From the NCBI RefSeq assembly GCF_006345805.1, contig NC_042998.1, forward strand, positions 72,106,001-72,170,000: 64,000 nucleotides of DNA, written 5' to 3'. The translations under genes were made by a program, and so were the position numbers. Positions 52,883 through 64,000 of the stretch are shown in pieces. Below the pieces are notes generated by a model. It was given only the letters and a program-made list of their open reading frames with translations. It ran no database searches and was not told the DNA's origin. The stretch comes from Octopus sinensis (lineage: Eukaryota). Positions within the stretch are counted from its first letter, which is position 1, and the number at the start of each line of letters is the position of its first letter.

Positions 52883-53410
52883 GTAACGATGGAGTTAATA
52901 TTGATACTAGAAATGACAATAATAATAACAGCAATACCTCGATTGATTTGCCTCATACTACTCTTGCTACTACCAGCACTACCTCATCTCTCTCTCTCTC
53001 CAATTAATCAACTGCAAATCTGGAACAGACTACCCACTGCAAGCTCAATGCAGAAGATTCAAAGTCGTATACCAATGCACCATTCACAACATATTAAACA
53101 ACTCCTATAGCTACTAAGATGGATCTACCACAAATTTTAAACAGAGATATCCGAATTTAAAGTCGAATAAATATAAAGAGAATAGTAATTCTACATCACT
53201 AGCCAGCCACACACACCATCTAATTAATAGAAAAATACAACATAACATTTCCTGCGCTATAATAGATTCGGATATCCCGTATTAGTGCCAACACTCTATT
53301 TGTGGAGTCTGCTTAAAAGAAGCACACAAAATTTTAACCTATAACTCACCAAAATTGCTTAATAAACACAACGAAGCCTTCACTTTGTGTATGCAAAAGT
53401 TCTTCTGTAC
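52140..53410 (+). mobile_element. Penelope-like element: linker plus GIY-YIG endonuclease remnant
   Basis: FFKIVESNFPRNHKYHYIFNRSTLKLSFS (52081-52374), then from 53118 GSTTNFKQRY...STSLASH...CGVCLKEAHKILT...LLNKHNE. Confidence 0.8.
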
Positions 53411-54195
53411 TTTTAAATTCTTTCATAAATATATATGTAAGTTCACCCACCACGAATAGCCCCCACATATACCTGACCTTATCGTTTTATGAGATAAATA
53501 TTAATTCTTTAATTCATCCTTAATTTATTTTTAAACCTGAATACAATAAATCCCCTAATATCTATTCTAACTCCTACTCGTAAATAATTTAACATTCAAT
53601 TAGCTCCTCCATAGTCGACTACCTACACCCCATAACATCATTGCTAAAGATAACTTTACAACCACTGGCATTAGGCAGAATGGACACAAGAATTTACTAC
53701 TAGATTTCCTCCCTAACACCTATAGATTAGAAGACAACCACGGACACCAACTACTCTTTAAATTCTTACTATTTTGCACAATTTTGTTTATTTTTTACGC
53801 TATCTTGCTCTATCTCCTTAACCTTTCTCTTATCTTTTCAGCTTTCCTGTACACAATATTCTTAGGCACTATATGTCTATACACCTTACTTTATTCTAAA
53901 GCCGACCCTTAATTCTCCCAGTACACCACTCTACCTCTCTTTCTAGAATTTGCTTGTCTTTACTTTTACCACTTAATAGCCGCCTCCGCTACCATTCTGT
54001 TATTGAACGTTGATATGTTCGCGTCTTCTTTCTCTGAATGTTTACACTATCAGAATTTTAACCAGCTTGGTTCTACGCAGGATTGCGCTCAAGGACGTAA
54101 GCTATTGTGTCTACATTATCAGAAAGTTAACTATGGACTTTTATGCTTCTTTCTTTCTTCTTTCTCTTCATCTACATACACACACACACACACAC

Positions 54196-54262
54196 ATGCA
54201 TACATACATACATACATACATACATACATACATACATACATACATACATACATACATACGTA
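54196..54262. repeat. (CATA)n microsatellite
   Basis: Read directly from the sequence. Confidence 0.95.
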
Positions 54263-54269
54263 CATATGT

Positions 54270-55210
54270 ATCATAGAAGCCTAAGATCAGTGGAGGCGGC
54301 ATACGAATGCTGCGTGGCGTTACTCAGGCAGCATCTGCTAAACAAGAGCAGCAAAAATACTGTGATGAAAAGTGGAGTGAGCAACATTGTACGAGTTGGC
54401 AGTGAACTCCTCAAGAATTACTCTCTTCCTGATGATCACCTATGCAGCCTCAAGACAAGTGGGTTCCCTTAGCTCAGAGAAGGCCTAAGAGAATATGCAT
54501 ATGTATGCTGTCCAGAGTTTGAAGAAGACAGTAGAATTGACACGAAGCGCAACCTCTCTTGGTCAGAAGACCAGCACATCACATCACATATTGAGGGCTA
54601 TGCGTTTGCAATTCAGAAACAGGAGATTGCCAAAAGTACCAGGTGAACGAGAGAGGCAGTGAGGCTCTTGTAATCCCAAGGTGTAACCGTATTTGTAGGC
54701 TACGTCTGGTTTCTGTGGAAGACATCAAGCATGTGATTAGCAGCTCTCCTAAAATGTCACGGTCTTACCTCCCTATGCAGCACGATGTTGCTGCTAAAGA
54801 CTGTCCCGAAATAAACTAAGAAATCCAGCTGTTATGGAATACATTCATAAACACTGACTCAAAGAATACTGGTGGAATACTCCCATGAAAACCTCTGTCA
54901 TTTTAAACATAACAGGCCAGATATTGTTGCATCGGACAGAGGGGTAAAGGCATGTATCATCATATAAGTCAGCTGCCCAGCAGATAAAAGTATCAATTTG
55001 AAAATCAAAGAAAAAACGGATATCTATGGATAACTGATCCAAATCCTCCAGCGTGTGTATCCAGACTACGGATTCATATTCATATCAATAATAATTGGTG
55101 TTCATGGTTTGTTAGTAAATGATTAAAGGAGAATCTGGAAAAACTGCGATTTTCAGAAAAATAAATCGACCGGCTAATTCGTACATTGCAATTGCAAAAT
55201 AGGGTTCTCT
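54270..55210 (+). mobile_element. Dong/R4-type LINE C-terminal fragment
   Basis: ITSHIEGYAFAIQKQEI...VEDIKHVISS.PKMS...HDVAAK and HNRPDIVA...VSCPAD...KIKEK (PD-D-K nuclease motif), with stops. Confidence 0.8.
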
Positions 55211-58200
55211 TCAAACGTCCCGATTGTGTTATCTGGTTACATACTAAGTCAATCATTCTATGAAATTACTATTTGTCTGACAGGTTTCTGCACAGTTTCC
55301 ATTGCATCAGTTTCCTTCAGAAATATTCTTTCTTTCGAGGCTATTGTAGAATACATTTTCCCTGGTTAGCACTCGACATTGTGCTTTATGAAATACTCAT
55401 CCAAATTTCTATGATTCTGCATAATTGAATACGTCTATGATATATGTGTGGTTACGTCATTGAATGTTTTATATTACTTTATATCCCGCAGGTTGTAACT
55501 CTAACATTATATTACTTCATATAATTTCTGTATATAACAGATGCATAAAGTTGAACTGTTTTCCCGAAAATATGCAAAATTACTATACCGTTTCAAATAA
55601 TCGATGGGAAAGTTAGATTGTGTTTAGTAGAATTGTTTAATCGTGCGTTAATATCTCGATAAAAATGATAATTCTAATATTCAAATCAATCACCATAAAT
55701 AATCTAATAATTGCCAGTATATTTACATTTCTATATTTTTGATTAATTGCCCCTCTCCCAAAAAGTCTTTCGCTATGTTCACTATCGGCCCCGATATCTT
55801 TATTTCACTCTCACTTTCTCAGACATATTACTTTCTGCAATGAAGTTAGGACTACAGTATCAGCAGGCATAAAGTTATCCACACACAAATCAATGCCAAT
55901 ATAAAATGCATCTTCAAAATCACACAATTATTGAAATGGTATATGTATCGTTTGTTATCATCTCATCCCTTCTCATCCTGATGTCAGACACGCATTCATC
56001 AGTTGTCTATCTTCAGGTTGCCTCTTTCTATGCCGACATGCATTGTTTAAATGTTTAATACCAGATCAAACCTCGTCATGCAGGTATAGATTATTTGTGT
56101 AATCTGCTACGAGTCACATATTTTCACTTCATTTCTTATACCCATTTTAACTGTATATATTTAATGTTTCCTTATATTTACTTGGAATTGTTTCTACTCA
56201 GTTGTCATATTAATACTTTTCATCGCTTAGGGAAAATACAGAAATTTTGCTACTACCAAAGTTATGATGGTTCCTCACTGTTATTTCTACTCGACTCTAG
56301 TAACTTTAGGTTCTTCCTCCTCCTTGCAGTCTGTAAGTGTCTCTATTTACCAAAACTGTCCCTTCCAAGGATGGATTAATAGTAAGTCTGACACAATATC
56401 GTTCCCTCATGTTTAACACCAAGACGTTAGATGCATGACGAGGTAATATCTGGACAATTATGTTTTAGAGCAATATTAATAGATAATTTCAGATGCAATA
56501 TTGATTAACTTATCTGTAAGATGAAATAAATTACATTATATTTTATAATACTATAGGAAGAGATCCCCTAGGTAAATGCTCCGTCAGTCATGTTTATTTG
56601 ACTACAACACCAATCTCACTACAAGATTCAGATATTGGACGCTCAAAACTCTCTAGGGACGTGGGAAATTCATTATAAGACGTCACAAAAAATGCGAAAG
56701 TGCTTCAAACAAAATTTGATTGTATATTTCAAAAAATACCGTCTATGCGAGATAAATATTTACCAAAAGATGAACAAATTCTTGTTATATGTAATATATC
56801 AGTGGGAGGTGTAAAAGTATGTTAAATGTATTATTTCAAAACTACCAAATTTTGGTTTCGATTGCGGTGGCTGGCGTTTTTACTGAATGACTACTTACAT
56901 AGTTTGGAGCTGATGAAACAAAAATGAAATAAAGGAGAATAGTAAACAGGGAAAGTGACAAGCTTTAAAAAATTTTGAACTTGGGTTTAAATACTTTCAC
57001 GAAGGAATTTACAATCTTTCTGAAACAGGAAAATCCATTATAAGAGCATTGGCTGCTTATATAGAATAATTGAAAACGTAACAAGAATGATCTCCAGGCT
57101 CTGTGTGTGTGAACAAGGCTTTAATATTCCATAGAATTCAAGGGTGGGTTTTACAGAAATGTCGTAAAATCCTTTAGATTTGTTTTCCCGTGAACTCGCT
57201 AGCTCGTGTGTAAAACTTCTGGTGCACTGCTATCATCATCGTGTCAGTACTTTACTTCTCTACTACGTTTGTCATGAGGTCTCGTGTCATATGATGCACA
57301 TAGCTAAAGCTTCATGGTTAATTATTGTTTTATTGTACAAAATCTATAAATGTTTTGTTTCTGCGTTAAGGATTTACGTTTTACTTATTTTAGAATTTGA
57401 AGTAAACAGGCAGTAAATGATAATATAGTAAGAATTATCGTTTTTTTTTATTTATCTGTATACATTCACACATATTTATGCACACCCATATATGTTTATG
57501 CATACACATACATGGACATATAGATACGTGAACACATATGTATTAGAGTATGAAACGAGCGTAAACGGAGAGAGGAAAATGTATCTTCCTTGTGTCAGGT
57601 TGCAAATTCAGTCTCGATTGAGACTGAGCAAACTGTCTCTCTAACCTGCCTTAGAAACGTATTATAGAGACGTATACATATAATATGTAAGTTTACGATA
57701 TCTACTGATGTGTTTTTAATGCACACATGGTTAAGATATAAAAGATTTCTTTTTCATATAGCTGTTTTAATTCTGCCGAATATGCCATTCTTATATACAA
57801 GTTCGTGCCCATTATTGACATCATTGGAGACATTGAAGAAAAATAATGTAACAACTTGTGTTTGATTTCATTTCACTAAACATTCCCTAATGTGATACAA
57901 GTGATTATATCTAGCTTTACGATGAATCTGACAAACGGAGTAAATTTCTTTAATTTCCTTCTGTAACAAAATTTCAATATCTTGGAAAGTCTCAAGCCTT
58001 AGTTATAGCCATAAAATACCTGAAATGATATCTTGAAAAGCCCCTAGCCTTAGTTATAGTCGTAAAATACCTGAAATATGATTGTATATTTTCCTCACAT
58101 GAACATCACTATATCTATTGTTTTGCATTGATCTTTCTTACCCGTGAAAATCGCAGTCATGGCCCGCGGCATTTATTTTTATAGGCAAGTTAATGTGTTA

Positions 58201-58696
58201 TTGAGCCCAACATTCAGAAACATTTCTCTGCAGCTATTGCGTGTCGAATATACATTTTTAGCTATTTAAATGAAAATCAGTTTTCTATTCGTATTCTAAA
58301 CAATTTTCTAACAGTGCCTTTTTATCTACAATGAATGGCAGAATCAATCGAATGAAATGACAATGTCTCCAAAAAATTAGAATACGTAAAGTAGTCAAGC
58401 CCCAAAGGTGATATGTATATATGTTAATGTCAAATGTTATGAATATATATTATTGTAATTCCGGTTAGAAAATAACTGAGTAAAACAGAGTGTTTCGGAG
58501 TTATATTATTTTTTATGGCTGCTGGATTATTTACTCTTTTCATATATTTGCATTTTATATTTAATGTTTCAAATATTTCAATTTACATTGGTAAAACATC
58601 CGTTTATTATCTTCAATATAATTTATTTTCTTACATGTATTAGGAAATGCATTTTCTTTCGCAGTTTGTTTGCAAAATGGTTAATTATATAACACA

Positions 58697-58875
<179 letters not shown>

Positions 58876-60282
58876 ATTTAATACTTTTCGTTCTGTCATG
58901 GAGATATTTTAAAACATTTATATATTTCCATTATTTGCAATATGTATGAACTTACAGTATTTTTCTACGAAATGTATTTCCATTATTTTGCCCTTAAATA
59001 CAAAAATGTTTGGTAAATACGATGTGGAAAACGATTTTGTCATGACCAAATTTCCCCGTGGCATTCAGCGTTTCAATAAAACATTATAGCATTTTTCTCA
59101 ATAAAGTTATTTCATACAAAACTTCTAGAAAACAAGTGGAGTATACAGAATACAATAAAATAGCAAACAAAACATATACAAATATGAAAATACGGTAAAC
59201 AAAATAAATATAAAATATTAAATTTTAAAACGTTTTCAGAATCAATTTCTTTAGAAGGTGAAGAAAATAGAAAAAAATATAAGACAAAAGAAATAAAACA
59301 TTTCTCAATAATGGAATTATTTATCGGTTAGATTCAATATAAAAATCCAAGTAGAAATCTTTGAAAACCTATTATAACAACCATTTCATTTATATTTCTT
59401 ACAAACGGGAAGTGCACGTTTTTATAGATGAAAAAGAAACAAAAACAAAAACGCTCCATACATTTAGAAAGTGTGATTGAAAGAAAAAATATAAAGAGTT
59501 TCTATTATTCGAATTTACAACAGAAAAAATTATTTATTTGCTTCATTTTCATTCTATAGTTAAAAAATATTGATCTTGAAAGTATTACAATTGTTTAAAG
59601 GGCATTCTTAGAAAACGTAAAGCTATCTCGACAAATATATTCGTTGATTTACGCATTAACTTTCAAACGGTTCTTTGGTGCTTGGCTATGTAATAGTAAA
59701 GATTTGAAGCTTACTTTTAAAAACAGTTTGGGTGGGACTGTTCATATTGTGAATGTTAACACATTATACAGGCTATGTGTGAAAAGAACATGCATTGTTT
59801 GCAGGTATATTTGAGTAGGTTTAAGTTTGAATTACTATGGGTAGCTAGATATAAAAGATATGATAATTTATAAGTATGTATCACTATAACACAGCCAGAA
59901 GCTAAAAATTTCATCTGTATTTAGGATAATGTTTGGCATTTATTTGAATCACATAACAGCCATTCAAACAAGTAAGATTTATGAAGTGATCCTAACAATC
60001 GTGTTTCCTCTTCCATTCAGAAGTAACATAATGCTGAAGAACTTATACATCTTCACATTTACATATTTTCCCCTTGATTACTATCAGCGTCCAAGATTTA
60101 ATGATATAAAAGTGAGATATTATACACTTTTGTGTGTGCATGATTGTTTTTCCAAATGTCTATCTTATACTATGCCCTTCATTTTGTCGCCACACATGAA
60201 CCAGAGAAGAAGCTTGCCGATGATACAATATGGTGTGTTCTCTCCTGCACCATGTCGCGAATGGTATTTCTTAGCCTCATAA

Positions 60283-60521
60283 GGCGCTGAGCTGGCAGAA
60301 TCGTTAGCACGCCGGGCGAAATGCTTAGCGGTATTTCGTCTGCCGCTACGTTCTGAGTTCAAATTCCGCCGAGGTCAACTTTGCCTGTCATCCTTTCGGG
60401 GTCGATAAAATAAGTACCAGTTACGAACTGGGGTCGATATAATCGACTTAATCCGTTTGTCTGTCCTTGTTTGTCCTCCCTGTGTTTAGCCCCTTGTGGG
60501 TAGTAAAGAAATAGGTATTTC
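60283..60521 (+). mobile_element. Full-length family-A SINE with a 23-bp flanking direct repeat
   Basis: Well-preserved copy. GGTATTTCTTAGCCTCATAAGGC (60263-85) vs GGTATTTCTCATCCTCATAAGGC (60514-36). Confidence 0.9.
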
Positions 60522-60974
60522 TCATCCTCATAAGGCTAACTGAGTCCATATTGTGCGAAATATCTGCTTCTTCTCTATACACCATGAGATAATTTGTCGA
60601 ATTTACCGTCTACTAGCTATGTAAATTTCTTTAACAGTCTTTGGTAAACAATTTAATATATATCTAAATTTATTGATAATATCTAACTATTGATAATATC
60701 TAAATTTATTGACAATATTTAATTCTCGATACGTTAAACTATAAGAACGACAACGTCAATCTCCCTAGGAGCATTAATTAATAATATACCTAATATTTTC
60801 TCTCAATTCAGCAACACAAGATCTTGGTGCGAGATCTTGCACATTACCATGTGAATACTACCCTGTGAGTTAAAGAGAAAGGACGTTTTTGAAAAATTCA
60901 CAAAATTAGTAATTCTAACTGCAAACAAATTCTATTGATGTCAATGTGTTCATATTGAATTAGGGTTTGTTGAA

Positions 60975-61660
60975 AGTAAGTGTGGAAAATAATATCCATC
61001 ACATGATGTCCGTTTTCATTGATGCATTTTCGAAGGCGTTCTTCAGCATTGCTTTGTCAATTTGGGCGACTTCCACGCGAATAGCTTCCTTCAAATCGTC
61101 AAATATACGGGGCTTATGCACATACAGACGTGCCATGAGGTTTCCCCAAAAGAAAGAAAAACATACATAGAGAAATCAGGGGACCGACACGGTAAAGGGA
61201 TATCAGGAAACCTGGAAATGAAACGGTCACTCAAGTTAGGACGAAGAACATCCATTGTTGCTCTAGCTATATGGACCGGCGCCCCATCCCGCTGAAACCA
61301 CACATGAATCGGCATACGTTTTCGTTGTAATCCAAGCACAAAGAAGTTGTTAATCATCCCGATGTAACACTCGAAATTCCCAGAAATAATATTTCCATTA
61401 TTGATTTCAAAAAAGTAAGTACCAATTACGGTAGCTTTTCCAACAGCAGACCAGACCACCAACTTTGGGCTGTTCAGTGGTATTTCTTACAGTTTTCGAG
61501 GATTTTCAAGAGCTCAATAACGACAGTTTTGTTGATTCACCATGCCATTGAGATGAAAATGAGCTTCATTAGTCATTAATAATATAGTTTGTCATTTGCA
61601 CCAAAAATTGCTTCATCTGAGGTTCGAAGTTTTGCTGCTGTGCATTGTCGTATAAAACTG
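60975..61660 (-). pseudogene. Tc1/mariner-superfamily transposase remnant
   Basis: ORF 61091-61462: VWFQRDGAPVHIARATMDVLR...RFISRFPDI..PCRSPDFS, matching the QDGAPxH and WPPRSPDL motifs. Confidence 0.85.
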
Positions 61661-64000
61661 ATAAAACTATTCAATTACTATTTATTATACTATTGTAATG
61701 CTCCTAAGAAATAATAATACGTATACTGAATTATTTAGTAGAGATGTTTCATATGAATGCATAAATATATTATAGCAATTTAAATTCGGATAAATATATA
61801 CGTATATTTTGTTCTATTGCGGTTTATGTATAGAACGGTATAATTACTGGGGAGTTAAATGTCAGATACACTTCAATGGCGTTTATTTCCAAAATCGCAT
61901 GAAACGTTACAATTTCAACTGAATGAAACTGAGAACTGGTTTTGTATCAACAGTTCAAAATCCAGTCGACTTCGATTGCATAACAGGTAAAAATGATACG
62001 GAAAGCAGAATTATTAATTTAGAAGGAAGACATTTTGTATTAATGAATTCCATTTCAACTGGCAGTTGTTACAAAAAAAAAACATGGTCAATTTAAAGAG
62101 ATCCGCTAAGAGGTTACACAGTGCTAGAAATTACAATTTTCACATCTTGATGGAAAGAAAATATAAAGGACAATTAACTTTGGTTTGGAGTTGTTGTTAT
62201 TATGGAGTTCCAATTGAAACCTAATCAAGGTAAAAACATCTACTTTATTCGATTTGTGGCATCTAGACGTTTATCATCCATCGTTCAAGATACTCAAGCA
62301 TGATTTGCTGGAGATTCTGCTGTTATTAAGTTTTGAACACTGCGTAGAGCCATTTAAATATCTGACACCTGAATTTGTTACTGTACATATATATATATGT
62401 GAACAGCAATACATATATTCAGTGCATACACCACCATCCAAAACGGCTGATATATAAGCTGCCAGAGAAAAGATATTTGAAGCCTGAACATATATGCTTT
62501 GAACGAACATCATGCATCGCTTCCTCGTGTCTTTTCACTGTACCTTCATGTTCTACCGAAAAGAAAAAGGAAAATCGCAAATTGCACACACCACAAAAAC
62601 AGCTGTCTACATGAAAGCCTTCTGAAAATATTGAAATCATTAAATGTAGTAATACTAAAACCATCTTAAGGATAACGATAATCCTGGTATTACCGACAGA
62701 CATTGTTAGCAAACGATACATAGTGAAACACAGTATCAGAAAACACGATGATGAAATTGTAACCTGTTAAATACTATTGCTAATGACTTTCAGAGTGATT
62801 GCATGATATTTAATTAATTTAAGAAGCTGAGAAACAATCACAGATTTGATGGGCAGTTTCATCAACGATAGAGTCTGACATACATATTAATTAATTAAAG
62901 ATTTAATTTTAATAAAGAATTAATTAAATATTGCAAATATACAATCAAAAGAGTCCAAAGTTAAAATAGTAATTTGGGTGACCTTTGGAGTGAACTTTTG
63001 GAAGATGAAGCGTATTGTAACAAACTCAACGGTCAAAATTGCAGTAATCGGTATGTATTTGCAAGACGCAAACATATTCTGACAGTTTATTAATGCTTTT
63101 AAATATTTTTTGTTATTTCCTGTTTGAGAAAGTGAAAGGAGCTTGAAATTCACAAACCACATTGCCTGAATCTTTATTAATGATAATTATAGAAACAGTT
63201 TTAAACGTTGTTCATACCGAAGTGGAATTGGATCGGTCCGGGGCATTCATTACATGAACAACTTCTACACTCAATCTAAACCAAGATATAAAACACTTTC
63301 ATATATTGCACCATTACTTGGACGTTATCGCGTTTTTTGCATTACTCTCATTTTATTTTACCTTTCGCAAGTAGGAATTTGCCTAGAAGCATGTATTTAA
63401 TATATGCCTCATAATCGTCTCATCGACCTCTACAAGTTTGACGAGTTTGTTGTTTCCGTTATCTGAACTTGAACTGCCTCCGTTCGACACTCTACAAATT
63501 TAATTACGAAGGCATTTTGTTCGCAATTAGGAAAATAGGAAACTACGTTCCACTTCAAAAACTCACTCGCCCTTTTTTCCCCTTATTGTTCACATGTCAT
63601 TCGTTCCCTATTTAATAACTAAACAGTATTTATTCACAGCAGTTAGAAAATTATATATCACTCTTAGGTGAGGTTCCTCTTCCGAAACATTAGACAGATT
63701 TTCTTCATAACAAAGAAGGGCAAATGTCCCAGTTTTTAGAATATCGTAGAACCAGTGATAAGTGTTTGGAGAACGTTAGGTATTTAATCACTATGTATAA
63801 CATCACAGAAATGCGCTCTCTCACACACACGCACACACAAGTACATATACGTTTCACCTGACTTAAGTTATAGCTCTTTATTTAACTTTCATACGTTATT
63901 ATATCAACATTGATTGTATAGATCAATGACGAATATCGCTCAAACTGTGAACGTATCACATAATCAAATATGGCCTTTCTAATGGCACAACACAGCATAT

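Noticed and set aside
57977-58080. ~50-bp tandem duplication (and short 18-19-bp repeats at 60660-60720)
   Set aside because: Ordinary local slippage duplications with no further structure.

Overview
AT-rich eukaryotic DNA, packed with microsatellites and transposon debris. The SINE and LINE families suggest an octopus-like coleoid cephalopod (inferred from repeat content only). No host protein-coding exon could be supported, and nearly all ORF-track entries are microsatellite read-through or decayed retroelements. Recognisable elements: Penelope-like (PLE) remnants, Dong/R4-type LINE fragments in (AAT)n tracts, one L1/Tx1-like and one CR1-like LINE remnant, two tRNA-derived SINE families, two non-autonomous Helitrons and a decayed Tc1/mariner transposase. 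The standout is 31794-35358, a ~7.3-copy tandem array of a ~490-bp unit in two divergent (head-to-head) arms. Every complete unit carries an intact type I hammerhead ribozyme fold with a long stem II and a palindromic stem III, the architecture of a non-LTR retrozyme predicted to yield a ~490-nt circular RNA. A near-perfect 323-bp palindrome at 28619-28941 carries two divergent minimal hammerheads of the Penelope type. All structures were folded by eye; no computation or database search was run.
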